The translations under genes were made by a program, and so were the position numbers. This document shows positions 1 to 12,515 of a stretch of DNA of 64,000 bases, in pieces (within the stretch, counting starts at the first letter, position 1; every line of letters starts with the position of its first letter). The DNA is from Octopus vulgaris. Lineage: Eukaryota. The stretch is from assembly GCA_951406725.2 (NCBI GenBank), contig OX597815.1:97960001-98024000 (forward strand), given 5' to 3'. The notes beneath the pieces are model-generated. The model was not told the DNA's origin. It saw nothing but the letters and a program-made list of their open reading frames with translations, and ran no database searches.

Positions 1-138
1 ACCAATACATACTAATGTAAAGGTTTTTAAGAGGATCCTAAAATACTATTGTGGGTCCCTAATCTTCTATTTTGCTGTGTGGACCCCCAAAAGTCTCATA
101 TAGATCCTCAGGAGCCATATGGGTCCCGGTTGAGAACC
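1..138. mobile_element. Terminus of a non-autonomous hAT-type MITE (truncated by window edge)
   Basis: Repeated GGACCCC/GGGTCC subterminal motifs ending in GGTTGAGAACC, resembling the CAGTGGTTCTCAACC-type hAT TIR. Confidence 0.4.
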
Positions 139-264
139 TGTTGAGAACAGACCCCTACTCAATACAATCAACTGAACTACTTGAAGGGGAGGCTAAATCG
201 CACTTTACCTCGCTAATGCAGACCTAAGTTCCATTTAAAAAAATGCAAAGGAACTGTAAGGGTA

Positions 265-542
265 CTAATCATCATTATCGTTATTATCATCGTCATTATC
301 ATCATCATCATCAATAGCCTCATCAGCAGCAGCATCCATCAAACCACCGTTATCACCTCTATCATCATCATCATCATCATCATCCTCATCGCCATCACCA
401 CCAGCGTCACCACCACCACCACCATTATAATCACTATCATCATTACCGACACCACTATTAATATCATTATCTAAATCGTCATCAACTTCCTCACCCCTCA
501 TTTCCAGCAGCAGCATCCATCAAACCACCGTTATCACCCTCT

Positions 543-579
<37 letters not shown>

Positions 580-600
580 CCACCACCACCGTCACCGCCT
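265..600. repeat. Degenerate (ATC)/(ACC) trinucleotide region with a ~180-bp-period internal duplication
   Basis: cagcagcagcatccatcaaaccaccgttatcac..ctatcatc occurs at ~325 and ~505. Confidence 0.85.
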
Positions 601-1125
601 TAATCATTAACGCTATCCCCGTAATCACTACCTACTAAATTATAAGAGATGGTGTTTGCCATGTAAATAGTGTATTTACGCTAATTGCTCGTTCGTCTCA
701 TCTTAACGATAAAGTATATTTACATTAGCTGCCGTAAGACTGCAGCCATAAGCAAATTTCCATTTGTCGATAAGTGGTCCTTGATGACGCTAATATTGTC
801 CACATTACTATACAGTGAATTCACAGATTCCCCTTTAATTCTTGCTTGTTCAAGCTCTTTACGCTTCTGAGTTCAAATCGCACCGAGGACAACTTTGACT
901 TTCAACCTGCTGGTAATGATAAAATAGCGTAAAACAAAGTACAGCTGAAGTTCAGGGATTGATTTATTCGACTAACGCGCTAACCTAAATTGTTAACCCT
1001 GTACTAAAATTAGAAACTTTTTATTTATTTATTACTGTTAATATTTGTTTTCTTGTTCTCCTCTTTGTTATTCTTGTTCTTGATCTTCATGTTCTAATTT
1101 TACTTTTCCTTCTAATCATCATCAC

Positions 1126-1176
<51 letters not shown>

Positions 1177-1725
1177 TTGTTCTTTTGAAGACATCGTCAG
1201 ATCACACTACTCAAATTGGTTCCGTAATGAATGACATAAAAGCATTTCAGAACATTCTGGAATACAAACGATATTACGTAGCGATTTTCTTTCGTTTTAT
1301 TTCTTTTTCTTTTTTTTTCTTTCATCATTGTGTTTGCTTTTATACTGTTGTCATTATTATTATACGTGTTGTGCCAGTGATTGTTATGTTTATCGTTGTT
1401 GTTGCAGTTGTTGTTGTTGTGGTCGTTGTCGGTGGTGATAATGGTGATGGTGGTGGAGGTGTTTTTGATTTCTTTTTTTTTTATTCATTAGTTCGACTTT
1501 TCCTGACATATACGATTTAATAGTTTGACTTGATTGTCTGGTTGTTTTAGTTGTTGTTGTTGTTAATGCTATTAGTGTTTGTTTGTGTGTGATTTTTGTC
1601 GTTATTATTGATGTTGATTGCTTCTATGTAGTTCTGTGTGTATATGTACGTTGTCCCATATGTGCATGATTGCATGTATGCTTTTCTGGGTGCCTGTGTG
1701 AGCTTGAGTATGTATGCATATGTGC

Positions 1726-1756
<31 letters not shown>

Positions 1757-1889
1757 CCTCTCACCTTTCTTTTCTCTTTATGTTATCGTTTACAGCAGTA
1801 TTGGATTTATTTTCTAACTGGGTTTTGGTGTAATTTACATTCTGTCACTGTAAAGTAAATGATGTTGGTAAAGAAAATGAAAAGCAGAT

Positions 1890-1892
1890 TGA

Positions 1893-1926
<34 letters not shown>

Positions 1927-2385
1927 GGTGGTGGTGGTGGTGGTGGTGGTGGTGGTGGTGATGGTGGCGGCGGTGGTGGTGGTGGCGGTGGTGGTGATGA
2001 CGATGATGACAATGATGACGACGATGACGACGATGAATAATAATAATAATATTAATAATAATAATAATAATAATAATAAAAATAGTAAGAAGAAGAAGAA
2101 GAAGTGGAAGAAGGAAGAAGGAAGAAGAAGGAAGAAGGAAGAAGAAGGAAGAAGAAAGAAGAAAGAAGGAAGAAGGAAGAAGAAGAAAGAAGAAAGAAGA
2201 AGAAAGAAGAAGAAGAAGAAGAAGAAGAAGAAGAAGAAGAAGAAGAAGAAGAAGAAGAAGAAGAAGAAGAAGAAGAAGAAGAAGAAGAAGAAGAAGAAGA
2301 AGAAGAAGAAGAAGAACAACAACAACAACAACAACAACAAGTACAAGAAGAAAATAGAAGAATAAGAATAAGAATAAGAAAGAAC
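1890..2385. repeat. Compound trinucleotide microsatellite (GAT/GGT/GAC/AAT/AAG/AAC)
   Basis: Directly visible; explains the low-complexity ORFs 1807-2388. Confidence 0.97.
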
Positions 2386-2690
2386 TAACGTATAATCAAT
2401 AATTAATAGGAAAGAGGATAGTACTATAAAACTACATTGGAATAACTGAGGTAAATTCTAAAGGCCGCTACTGCAGCTTGACGTCACCATTTCAATGAAA
2501 AATAAATAAAGTTGTAACAATTTGAAGCTATAAATAGAAATAAAAACGATGTGGGTGTTAGCAGTTTCAACGTGATTCTCGGTACAGAAAATGAAAACAC
2601 AGTATAATGCAATTGACCAAGTAATTTTCAGCTCATGTATTACAGAAAAGTTACTGAACTAATGCTTACATATATTAATTCTTTTACAAG

Positions 2691-2796
2691 GATTGCAGTG
2701 CAAACAGCCAGGATTTTCGAGACTACCAGTGCTCTTTGTACAACCAGCCGAGGGTGCGTCTTTCATATGGTGGAAAATGGAATCCAGTTTTCACAG
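2691..2796 (+). CDS. ADAMTSL5: ADAMTSL exon: end of TSP1 / start of cysteine-rich domain (DCSANSQDFRDYQCSLYNQPRVRLSYGGKWNPVFT)
   Basis: Acceptor cttttacaag|GAT, donor ACAG|gtaaat; 106 nt, phase 0 to 1. C-x5-DFR-xx-QC-xx-YN...W-x-P is the ADAMTS Cys-rich start motif. Confidence 0.92.
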
Positions 2797-2844
2797 GTAA
2801 ATTGAACAAGCGATTATTATTATCATTATTATTATATGAAAACT

Positions 2845-3075
2845 CTCAGCTTAATTTGCTGAGTATGATGTAAAGTGTCAGCTGTCTACAGCCAGCAGAC
2901 AAAGGTGACACTTGTTTACATTTGTACCAATCTTTTTCAGCCATGTTAGTAGTTGAGTGCTGATACTACCAAATGCACCAAATATTAATGGTATCACGTC
3001 TACTCTCCTCATTGACCACAACCTTTGTATTCGTAGCTGTTCGGTTTTTCTTTTCTCTCTTTCATCCTGTTGTGA
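2845..3075 (-). mobile_element. R4/Dong-clade LINE, short 3' fragment
   Basis: Minus-strand IQRLWSMRRVDVIPLIFGAFG matches the C-terminus of the restriction-like endonuclease (RLE); 3' end abuts a TTA tract. Confidence 0.65.
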
Positions 3076-3369
3076 CCAGGACATGGTATGTCGAATATAA
3101 TGCTTGTTCTTTCTTTTTATTTACCATATATTATTATTGTTGTTGTTGGTGGTGATGATGATGATGATATTATTATTATGTTCATTATCATCTTTCAATT
3201 GTGTTTCCGTTTCTTGCCCAGTGTTTTCCTGACACCTAGTGCAGAGAAACGCACTGTATATATTGGCAGGTCATTAGAATAAACACACCTGATTGTTCAT
3301 TTATAAAGTCATGTGATAGAGAAAAAAGGTAAGAATGACAGAGAGAAAATAAATAGAATAAAAAATCGG

Positions 3370-3705
3370 AGACCCCCTTCGGTCACGAATGACCATGGGA
3401 TTGCACCTAGAAAGTTATCCTCCAAGGCACAAGTCCGGGCAAGGTTGTTTATGGAAGACCAGCAGTCGCCCATGCATATCAGCCTCCCCTCTTCACGCCA
3501 CCGATGTCTTCCAAGGAAAAGGCAAAGGACGATACAGCTTGGCACCAGTGACGTCACAACTCATTTCTACAGCTGAGTGAACTGGAGCAACGTGAAATAA
3601 AGTGTCTTGCTTAAGAACACAACACGCAACCCGGTCCGGGATTCGAACTCCCAACCTCACGGTCGTAAGTTCGGCACTCTAACCACTGAGCCATGCGCCT
3701 TCACA
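3370..3705 (-). mobile_element. Full-length tRNA-derived SINE
   Basis: Minus strand starts TGTGAAGGCGCATGGCTCAGTGGTTAGAG (A box) ... GAGTTCGAATCCCGG (B box). A related copy lies at 17547-17860. Confidence 0.9.
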
Positions 3706-3779
3706 AAAAAATAAATAAAAATAGAAACAAAGAAAATAAAGAGGGAAATGAACGAAAATTCACAGTGACCATGCTCTTG

Positions 3780-4345
3780 TCAGTACGTGTGATGTACCAG
3801 TACGTGTGATGTACACTTCCTGCATAGATGGTAAGTCAGGGAGGATTCTTAAATAATTTTTAGTTTCTGTTTTGATCATTCCAAGCGCTCCTATAATCAT
3901 TGGTATTGTAGTCGTCTTGAGATGCTACATTGTTTCGATTTCGATTACCAAATCTTTATATTTTCTGAGCTTATCAATTTTTTTTTATCGAGATATTATG
4001 GTCAAAGGGTATGTTCAGCTCATCCAGTAAACAGATTTTATTGCTTCGGTTTTTCACAACAATATCTGCTTTATTTGCATTAATGGTCCGGTCTATACAT
4101 ACTGAAAAGCACCAAAGAATCGTTACATTTTCTCCGTCGGTTACTTCAGTTTAAGTGTAGTGGTTATACCATTTGTCAGCAGTTTTGATTTTATAATGCG
4201 GACACATTATCCAATGTAAATATTGGCCAACTCTGTCATATCTTAATTTGTACTCGACAAGTGCTAAAACCCAGACATTAGGTGGTCCACTGTTTCAATC
4301 TCATCGTTGCAGTATCGCCATATTGAGTCTACATCATTTCTCATC
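3780..4345 (-). mobile_element. R4/Dong-clade LINE, degenerate C-terminal fragment
   Basis: Minus-strand remnants of DRVGQYLHW..KWY..H, ADIVVK and KLRKYKDLVIEI..IPMIIGALG (zinc knuckle-RLE region). Confidence 0.75.
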
Positions 4346-4475
4346 ACATTGGGTCTACACCAGTTTTCATCACATATTTTATGACTGTGTCAACATCCAA
4401 CACAACTGAATATTATTATTATTATTATTATTGTTGTTGTTGTTGTTGTTGTTATTATTGTTATTATTGCCATTG

Positions 4476-7400
4476 CACAACTTCTAACGCCAGAGATGTA
4501 CTACGGTGTCAGCTCTTCACTACCAGTGATCTAACGTAACACCTCTTATTTTTCGAGCAGCTTCCAGAGTATTCCAACTGTTCCAAGCAGAGCAGTTTTC
4601 AGCAAGTGCTCCACCCTAATTGCAACCCCTATTTGTTCCATGTGCTTCTCGAGATTTTTGCTCACTGTTCCCAGGGCTCCAACAATTATTGGTACTACTA
4701 CTATCTTTTTGATCAACCACAACTTCTTAACTTCCCTAGCTAACCTCTTATATCTATCGACTTTTCTTTTTTCCTTATCGCATACCTTGTTGTCAGCTGG
4801 GCATGATATATCTATTATCCAGCTTAGTTTGTTTTGTTTCTCAATTTCTTTCTCTGGCTTCCTATTCTCAATCTCATGGTCGCACTGAATCATGAAATCC
4901 CATAGGATCTTTTGTAGTTTTATTTTCGATGATGTCTTCGAGTTTGTGGTAGTACGAATTTTGGCTCTGTCAAGTCCATACTTGTTGCAAAATATCCTAT
5001 GCACAAGCCTGGCTATATTGTCGTGGCGTACATTGGCTGGTAATATGCCATATGGTTTCACCACTGTCCACTGTTTTTGAACTTATCACTTTTTGATGTG
5101 TTGTCTATTCTGCATTTTATGTAGTTTGCTCTTAGCGCTTGCTCTTGGGCAGCACAGATTAGAGCCTCCGCTTCTGGTTTTAAATCACTTTTACTCATAC
5201 ACAGCCATCTTTTTTCTCTATCTGTCTTATTTTCAACATCCCTATGAAATTGACCATGCATTCTTTTCTTTACCCACTTATTTTCAGTTTCATTCGCTTT
5301 CTATTGCTTGTACAGTGCTTTACCTTTGCACTCTTTCATCCTATACAAGCCTGACCTTCTTACTTCTAATAATAGCGGTTCTGTGGCATTTTTTTTACAT
5401 ACCATGCTATGTTGTTTTCTTCTGCTCTAATGCAGTGTTCGCATCCAATAAGTCCTCTTCCCAATCTTTTTCTTGGTACATACAGTCTGTCTCTGTTACT
5501 TTTTGGGTGGAGTGTTCAATATCTAGTTAGCAACTTCCTTGTCTTTCTGTCTAAGCTGTTTAGTTCGTCTACTGTCCATGCAATTACCCCTGCTCTATAT
5601 CTAAGGAGTGAAACCGCCCATGTGTTGATAATTTCAATCTTATAACGTCCGTTTAATTTCGACGTAAGGATCAGTCTCAGTCTGCGCAAGTACTCCACCG
5701 TAAATTTTTCTGTCAGTTCTTTCTCCATAAATTTATCCATTTCCAAAATCCCCAGGTACTTATAGCCCGCCTATACTATCTGCTTCATAACCTCTCCCGA
5801 CGGTATCGTTAGCCCGTCCATACATTTGATTTTTCCTCTCTTCAAGACTAACACACCACACTTTCTCAGTCCGAACTTCTTTCCGATATCAATACTGAAA
5901 GTATACACCGTATCAACGAGGGAACTGACTTGGGCTTCCTCTTTACCATAAAGTTTGAAGTCATCCATGAATAAGAAATGGTTGAATTTTTGTTAGCGGC
6001 TTTTGGATATATACCCAGCTTTTGCTTTCCTTAGAATCAGTGTTGGCGGTATCAAGCACAGCACAAAGATCAGTGGGTACAGGCAGTCCCCTTGGAAGAT
6101 GCCCCTCCAGATTTCTGCTGTCCCTAAACTTCTTCCGTATGCTGTCAGGTCCGTCCTCCAATTCGCCATACTTTTTCCAAGCAATCGTTCAACATTCAAT
6201 GCAATACCAAATAGCTTCACACATTCCATTATCCAAGAATGTGTGATGATATAGTACACCTTACAATAGTCGACCCGTGATATGGCTAAGTTACATTTCC
6301 TCCTCTTGCAGTGTCTAAGTACAGTTTTGTCTATCAGGATTTGATCATTGGTGCCTCTGCACATACGCTTGCAACCCTTCTGCTTATGTGGCAGGATTCC
6401 ATTTTTTGCCAGATATTTGTACATTGACTCTGCGAGTATTCCAGTTAATAGCTTCCACTTAAGTGGTAGACAGGACATCGGTCTGTAATTGTATACCATG
6501 TTGCCTTTTTCGATGTTTTTCAGCACTGTCCTACCCAATGTCAACCACTCTGGTGTTGCTTGTTAAGTTGCACAGCTATTCGTACAGAACATTCACCAAA
6601 TCTTTTGATCCAGTAGCCTTGAACTCCATCCCTTCTCGGGGCCTTCCAGTTGATCATTAGTTTGCTGATTTCCTTCACTTTCCTAACTGAAATAACTAGT
6701 TCTGCCTGTTTTGGACAGTCTACTGTTTGTTTCGCTTCTTGCAACCATTCAGCATCCTTCTTGTGCCCATTGTCTTTGTTCCAGATGTCCCAAACCTTTG
6801 ACTTTCATTGTTATCTGGCATCAGCTTTTCATTTGTATAATCTCCATTTATTTCTTTATAGAATCTTTTCTGATCTACTCTGAATAACCTATTCTGCTGG
6901 TAACCATTCATTCTTTGGTCATATCTTACTATCTATGCTTTCTTTGCAACGAGGCGCTGTTTCGGTCCCCCCATTACCACATTCATGCCCTTTCTTTTAA
7001 TATTATACTTTTCAGCGCTCTGTATTTTTGTTCGCTTTTAAGCTGCTCTTTCTCTTTTCGGTCTAACACAGAAATTTCCTCCGAGAGCATATCTAACCCA
7101 ACTTGTATTCTTCTTTTCCACCATGGTTCTTTTCTTTTGTCACTCCCATAATATTTCATTTTCTTGACATCAACACCCACGTTTTCTGCTACAACAATAC
7201 TTGCTGCCTTGATCAAATTATTTGTTTCTGTGATGTTGTTTGTTCTGATATATTTCAGAAATTCATTGACATTTTTCGTTTCTTGGTTCAGTTTCCATCG
7301 ATCAACCTTTTTTAAGGGTGCAAATAATGTCGCTATCGTTCTCCTGTATTCTTGTCCTTATTCTGTCGTAGATTGCCTTTTGTTCATCTGTCATGTCACC

Positions 7401-7980
7401 AATAGATTTATTGTCTTCTTTTAGATCATCTACATGTCTCTCATCATGTAAGCTACCACTACTCCTTTCCTGTACTATAAGATTACTCTTATTAGTAAAA
7501 ACTGTATTTTCATCATTATCTCTGCTGCTATTTTCCAAAACCCGTCTTTTGATATCTTCGAGTTCTACTTCTATGAACCAACGATTTTTCCTATTGCTCT
7601 AGCTTGATCCGTGAGTTGAAACAATCCCGTTTCTCTCCAATGATCATACATACGTTTTCATTAACTCCTAATTTGAGCACCATCTCCATCTACCGGGTTG
7701 CTCAGCATTAATTAGCTTGCTCCATCTACGCTGTGTGTGGTGGTCCCTTTCTGGATATCAACAGGCTGGAGCCTGACCAGAATCTCTGAGCCTGTCGGGT
7801 GCAACAGTCACCATCCTTGGCTTCAGTTAAATTACCACCGTTATTCATAATAATTTGTGTATTCATTGTCATTCATATGAAGTAGCGATTATCAGATTGC
7901 GCAATTAGCAGTGTTTTTATTGTGACACCATCATTAGATGTATCATTAATCAGACCATGGGAGGTGTCCACCCCTTTCCT
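4476..7980 (-). mobile_element. Near full-length (~3.5 kb), frameshifted R4/Dong-clade non-LTR retrotransposon (RT + RLE)
   Basis: Collinear broken ORFs: N-terminal RMYDHWRE..DQARAI; WKAP..DGVQGYWIK; NYRPMSCL; [13 protein letters not shown]; FMDDFKLYG (RT active site); EALICAAQEQAL; RHDNIARLVH; IIDISCP.D..KE..K.DRY (RLE). Flanked by TTA-rich tracts. Confidence 0.92.
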
Positions 7981-8823
7981 TTATTTATCATTATTATCGT
8001 CACTGATATCACTGATATTATTGTTTTCATGTGTAGTAGCAGCAGTGGTCGCAGCACCAGCAACAGTAGCGTGGGTAGGGTAGTGGTAAGGGTGCTAGTT
8101 GGGCCTCAGATGCCTATGCGATCAAAGTAATAGTAGTTGTAGTATTAGCAGCTGCAGTATATCATTACTATTTTTGTTTTTATCATTATCACTATCACCA
8201 CCACTACAACTGCTATTATCATAATTACTATTTCCATAATTTTTAAAAAAAAATTATTATTATTTAAAGATTTTATTAAATGTTCTTTCTTTTCAACTTT
8301 TGTCTTTTACTTGAGATAATCATAAATATGTTATTGTTGAAGGAAATGGTTGGGTATCAACTTGGTGAATAGGTCAAATTCTACAGTTCTATAAATATAT
8401 TCGGCAGTTGTCGGGGAGGTCAGCTATAGCGCTTATCTATGTATTCGAGGAAAGATAAAATATATAAGAAAAGATCAAATGTTCACACAAAATTGGAGAT
8501 ATTAAAGTTTCAAAATTGTTTGAGGTGTTCGTTTGTATGACCGTTCAGAGAAGACTGTGTGTGTTTTTCAATAAAAAGGATGTTTACATTTTCGAATATT
8601 CGGGGAGAAAGAGAAAGAAAGAACAGGAAGGTAAATTTCTTTCACAGAAAAGGAAGTTGTAGATACTAAACATTTTAAAGCTGATCGTTTATGTGTTCGA
8701 AAACTGTAGGCATGTAAGTTCCTTAATTTAATTTTGAGAGAAATTCAAAATACTCACAGGAAACTGTAAATATACCAGTCTTTTAGAGTTATTTTTTAGT
8801 TGTCCTGCTGGGTTGTATTACTA

Positions 8824-8851
<28 letters not shown>

Positions 8852-8854
<3 letters not shown>

Positions 8855-8971
8855 TAGTTTTATTTTTATAGCGTGCTTTCACTTCACTACCGAGCGCAGC
8901 TCTGTGTGCCTTGGGTATGTGCTGTGATTTGTTGTGATGCTCTGATGGTTATTGTATGGAAAGTGTTCTGC

Positions 8972-8974
<3 letters not shown>
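8852..8974 (-). mobile_element. ~120-bp 5'-truncated copy of the 3' end of the adjacent R4/Dong LINE
   Basis: Near-identical to 9043-9165; embedded between (TTA)n tracts. Confidence 0.9.
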
Positions 8975-9039
<65 letters not shown>

Positions 9040-9042
9040 ATT

Positions 9043-10432
9043 CAGTAGTATATTTTTTATATCGTGCTTTCACTTCACTACCGAGCGCAGTTCTGTGTGC
9101 CTTGGGTATGTGCTGTGATTTGTTGTGATGCTCTGATGGTTATTGTATGGAAAGTGTTCTGCGTAGGATGTGTGCAGTGCCTAGTAGTGCAATTTTCTGT
9201 ATGTTATATGTGTTTGGAAGTCCTGGTGTTTTTGTTATGTATTTGTCTGAATATTTTTTTTATCATGCCTAATGCACCTATTATGATAGGAATTGTTTCT
9301 GCTATTAGATTCAACATTCTGGTTACCTCTATTTCCAGGTCTTTGTATTTTGAAAGTTTCTCCATTTCTTTTAGAGACACGTTGTCATCCGCTGGTATTG
9401 ATACATCAATTAAAAAACATTCTTTTTCTTCATGATCTCTGACAACTATATCTGGTCTGTTGGCCTTCATTTCTCTATCTGTGTATATCGGCATATCTCA
9501 GAGTATGGTTGCTTTCTCGTTTTCTGTGACCTTTTCTGGTGTGTGCCTATACCATCTTTTTTCTGTTGTTATTCCATAATGTTGGCATAGCTTCCAGTGT
9601 ATGTAGGTTCCAACTCTGTCATGTCTGTGAATATATTCCTTCTTAGCCAGGACTGGGCAGCCAGAGATAATATGATTTATTGTTTCTTGTCCATCTCCAC
9701 ATATTCTGCAGTTACTTGTTATATTTCTTTTCGTTACATGTTTTTGGTAATTTCTGGTGGGGAGGCTTTGGTCTTGTGCTGCAATTAAAAATCCCTCTGT
9801 CTCTGCTTTGAGTCCTGAGCTTCTCAACCATTGCTGGGATTTTTCTTTGTCTATTTCTTTTGCGTTTAGTTTAGTGCAGTATTTACCATGAAGGAGCTTT
9901 TCTTGCCATCGTTTTATCATGGTTCGTTGCTGTTCTATTTTTAGTTTGGATTTCATTTGTTTTATAGCTTTTGTTGTTTCTTTATCTTCTTCTTCTTCTT
10001 CTTCTTCTTCTATTTATTAGGTGGTATGATTTCTTGTTTGTATTTGTCAGCTTCCTTAAATACTGAGAACAGTTTTTTGTTTTGCTCGTGTTTTGCCGCT
10101 ATTTGTGTCAGTTTTCCTTTCTTCTGAAGTAGATATTTTTGCAGTCCTGTGGTGGTTATATTATAGTAGTTTTCCAGCTGTATAAGGCCTCTACCACCTT
10201 CTATACGTTGTATATATAGTCTTTCTATGTCAGATTTTGGGTGATGCATCCTAGATCCTGTCAGTATTTTTCTTGTTTTCCTATCTATTTTGGACAGTTC
10301 ATTTCGTGTCCAGTTAAGGATATTTTAGCTGTAACTTATAACTGGGACGGCTAAAGTGTTGATACTTATTATCTTGTTTTTAGCATTGAGCTCTGTTTTC
10401 AGTATTGATCTAACTCGTCTATAATATTCTTT
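9043..10432 (-). mobile_element. 5'-truncated, relatively young R4/Dong LINE (thumb + CCHC + RLE + 3' UTR)
   Basis: ORFs 10010-10249, 9498-9956 and 9204-9494: RLY..R.EGGRGL, ETEGFLIAAQDQSL, CRIC..ETINHIISGC, RHDRVG, NRPDIVV..IDVSIP.D..KE.EKLSKY. (TTA)n on both sides. Confidence 0.93.
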
Positions 10433-10464
10433 ATTATTATTATTTTTATTATTAGTAGTAGTAG

Positions 10465-11391
10465 TATTCAGTTGTCTTATATATTTCTATTTTTCTCACA
10501 GGTTTTCTTGCAGCTACTGGAGTCTTGCATGCGTAGCGGGCTTACTATCTGCAGCCTACGGCACCATGCTATTCGTTCTTTTCAGTTATCTAATATTTTC
10601 CGGATTATTCTGACCGTACCAAGAAGGCAAACCTTTTGTAACAGTTCTACTGGGCATTCTAATCCAATTTCCTTTATATTCTTCTTGGTGCCTTCTGATA
10701 CTTTTTTCCCAAGTACCCTGCAACAATTGGCACTATTTCACCTTCATTTTTCATAGTCGGGCTATTTCGTACTTAAGAGGGTTGTATTTATCTACCTTTT
10801 CGCTTTCCGTCTTGACTATTTGTGTGTCAAAGTGCATGCAATCTTAACTGTATAGCATATGTGGTGCATCTTGTCTACCACTAATAGGGCTGGTCTGTTA
10901 TAATCTAGCACCTGATCTATTTGGATTGGAAAATCCCAGAGGATTTAGCTAGTCTCCGACTCTGCCATTCACTGTGGTTTGTGCCCATACCACGTCTTGC
11001 CTCTTTCTAGCCCCCACTTTTCACAGAATGAATTTCCAATGTAGCACTTTTGCTACCTGGTCGTGTCACCACAACTTGTAGTGGTTTTGGGCAAGTCTAG
11101 GGAATTCCTTAGTGATATGGGCAATACTTTCATCCACTCTATTGCAGATGCGGTGCAACGGAGACACTTGGTCATTCCTCAAGTTGACCCTCCGGCACTG
11201 CCACGTCGATTATTAGTCACTCTTGTTTGTCATTCCTAAAAGTTACTATATCCAGCCTTCAGTACCCTAACACCCTTGTCTGTCTTGAAGTCTAAGTACC
11301 AGAGGAATTTTGCCTTCTCCTTTTTGTCCATTACCTTTTCTGTTGTATGTTGGTATTAAGCACCTGTTACCTGATATCCATACTTCTGGTA

Positions 11392-11392
<1 letters not shown>
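10465..11392 (-). mobile_element. Degenerate 5'-truncated R4/Dong LINE
   Basis: Minus-strand remnants of CR.C, HDQVAKVLHW, LWDFPIQ.D, RPALLVVDK and ELLQKVCLLGTVRIIRK; (TTA)n/(TTG)n flanks. Confidence 0.8.
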
Positions 11393-11473
<81 letters not shown>

Positions 11474-12515
11474 AAATGTTTGACTTCTGCTTTGTATTTG
11501 TACAAGTTGACTCCAAGTATCACCCAGAGTCCTCAAGAGACAGCAAGTGAGAAGTTTATGCTGGTGTTATACCTAGTGTGTCATATATTTGGTTTTGCAC
11601 ATAGTATGGTTCTAGTGAATGTTTAAGAAAACATAAGAAAATTATAAGTTTGTTTTAAAATTTGAGATCACATAAACAATATTTTACGTAGGATATGGGC
11701 AGTTCCCATGAGCACTACCTTTTGAATTTCTGGCATTTTGGGGTTTCCTGGTATCTGAGCTAGGTAGGAATCAACGCCTTTTGCTATCATTCCTAGGGAA
11801 CCTATAACAACAGGTATTGTTTTAGTCTTGAGATTCCATCTTTTGCCAATTTCTATTTCTAGATTTGTATATTTGCTCAGTTTTTTATAGGTCTTGACAG
11901 ATACCTTTATGTCGATTGAGACAGTCATATCAATGAGAAGGCATGATTTTTGTCTGAATTCTTTCAATACAACGTCTTGCCTATTCGCATCTATCTTTCT
12001 GTCAGTTTGAATGGAGAAATTGCAGAAGAGTGAAATGTGATCATTTTCAAGCACTGGAGGTGGTTTGTGTTCTTACCAGTTTTTATCATGAGGCAAATCC
12101 AGATTTTTGTAAATTAACCAATGGATGTATTGTGCTGCTCTGCCATGCCTGATGAGATACTCCGTAGGCGCAAGAAGACTGCACATAGAGACAGCATGAT
12201 CAGTGGTTTCATTTTGTTGTTTACATACACGATATGTTTGGCTACTACCGTTCTTTAATATGTTGACCTGGTATTTTCTTGTAGGAAGGCATTGCTCTTG
12301 GGCTGCTATGATAAACCCTTCTGTTTCTGATCTTATGCCTGAAGAAACTAACCATTGATAGGTCAGGGCTTTGTCACCATCGGCATTATTAGCTCTCTTT
12401 GGATATTCGCCACCGAGAGGTTTTCTTGCCATTTATCAGTGAGAATATCTAAAGCAGCAGTTTTAGCACGAGTTTTCATACGCTTAGCTTTTTCTGTGCT
12501 TTCTGATAGATGATT
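11474..12515 (-). mobile_element. 5'-truncated R4/Dong LINE
   Basis: ORFs 12073-12432 and 11668-12054: SETEGFIIAAQEQ, RHGRAAQYIHW, ANRQDVVLK..LIDMTV, IPVVIGSLG, EIQKVVLMGTAHILRK. Confidence 0.9.

Noticed and set aside
1796-1854. Possible exon (tttacag|CAGTATTGG...CACT|gtaaag; QYWIYFLTGFWCNLHSVT) upstream of the first ADAMTSL exon
   Set aside because: The preceding exon should encode a TSP1 repeat (W..CS..CG.G..R...C). This peptide does not fit, so the sites are probably chance.
3620-3700. tRNA-like sequences (also near 17555, 18790, 42515, 51070, 53530)
   Set aside because: These are SINE heads with A/B boxes, continuous with SINE bodies; no complete cloverleaf.
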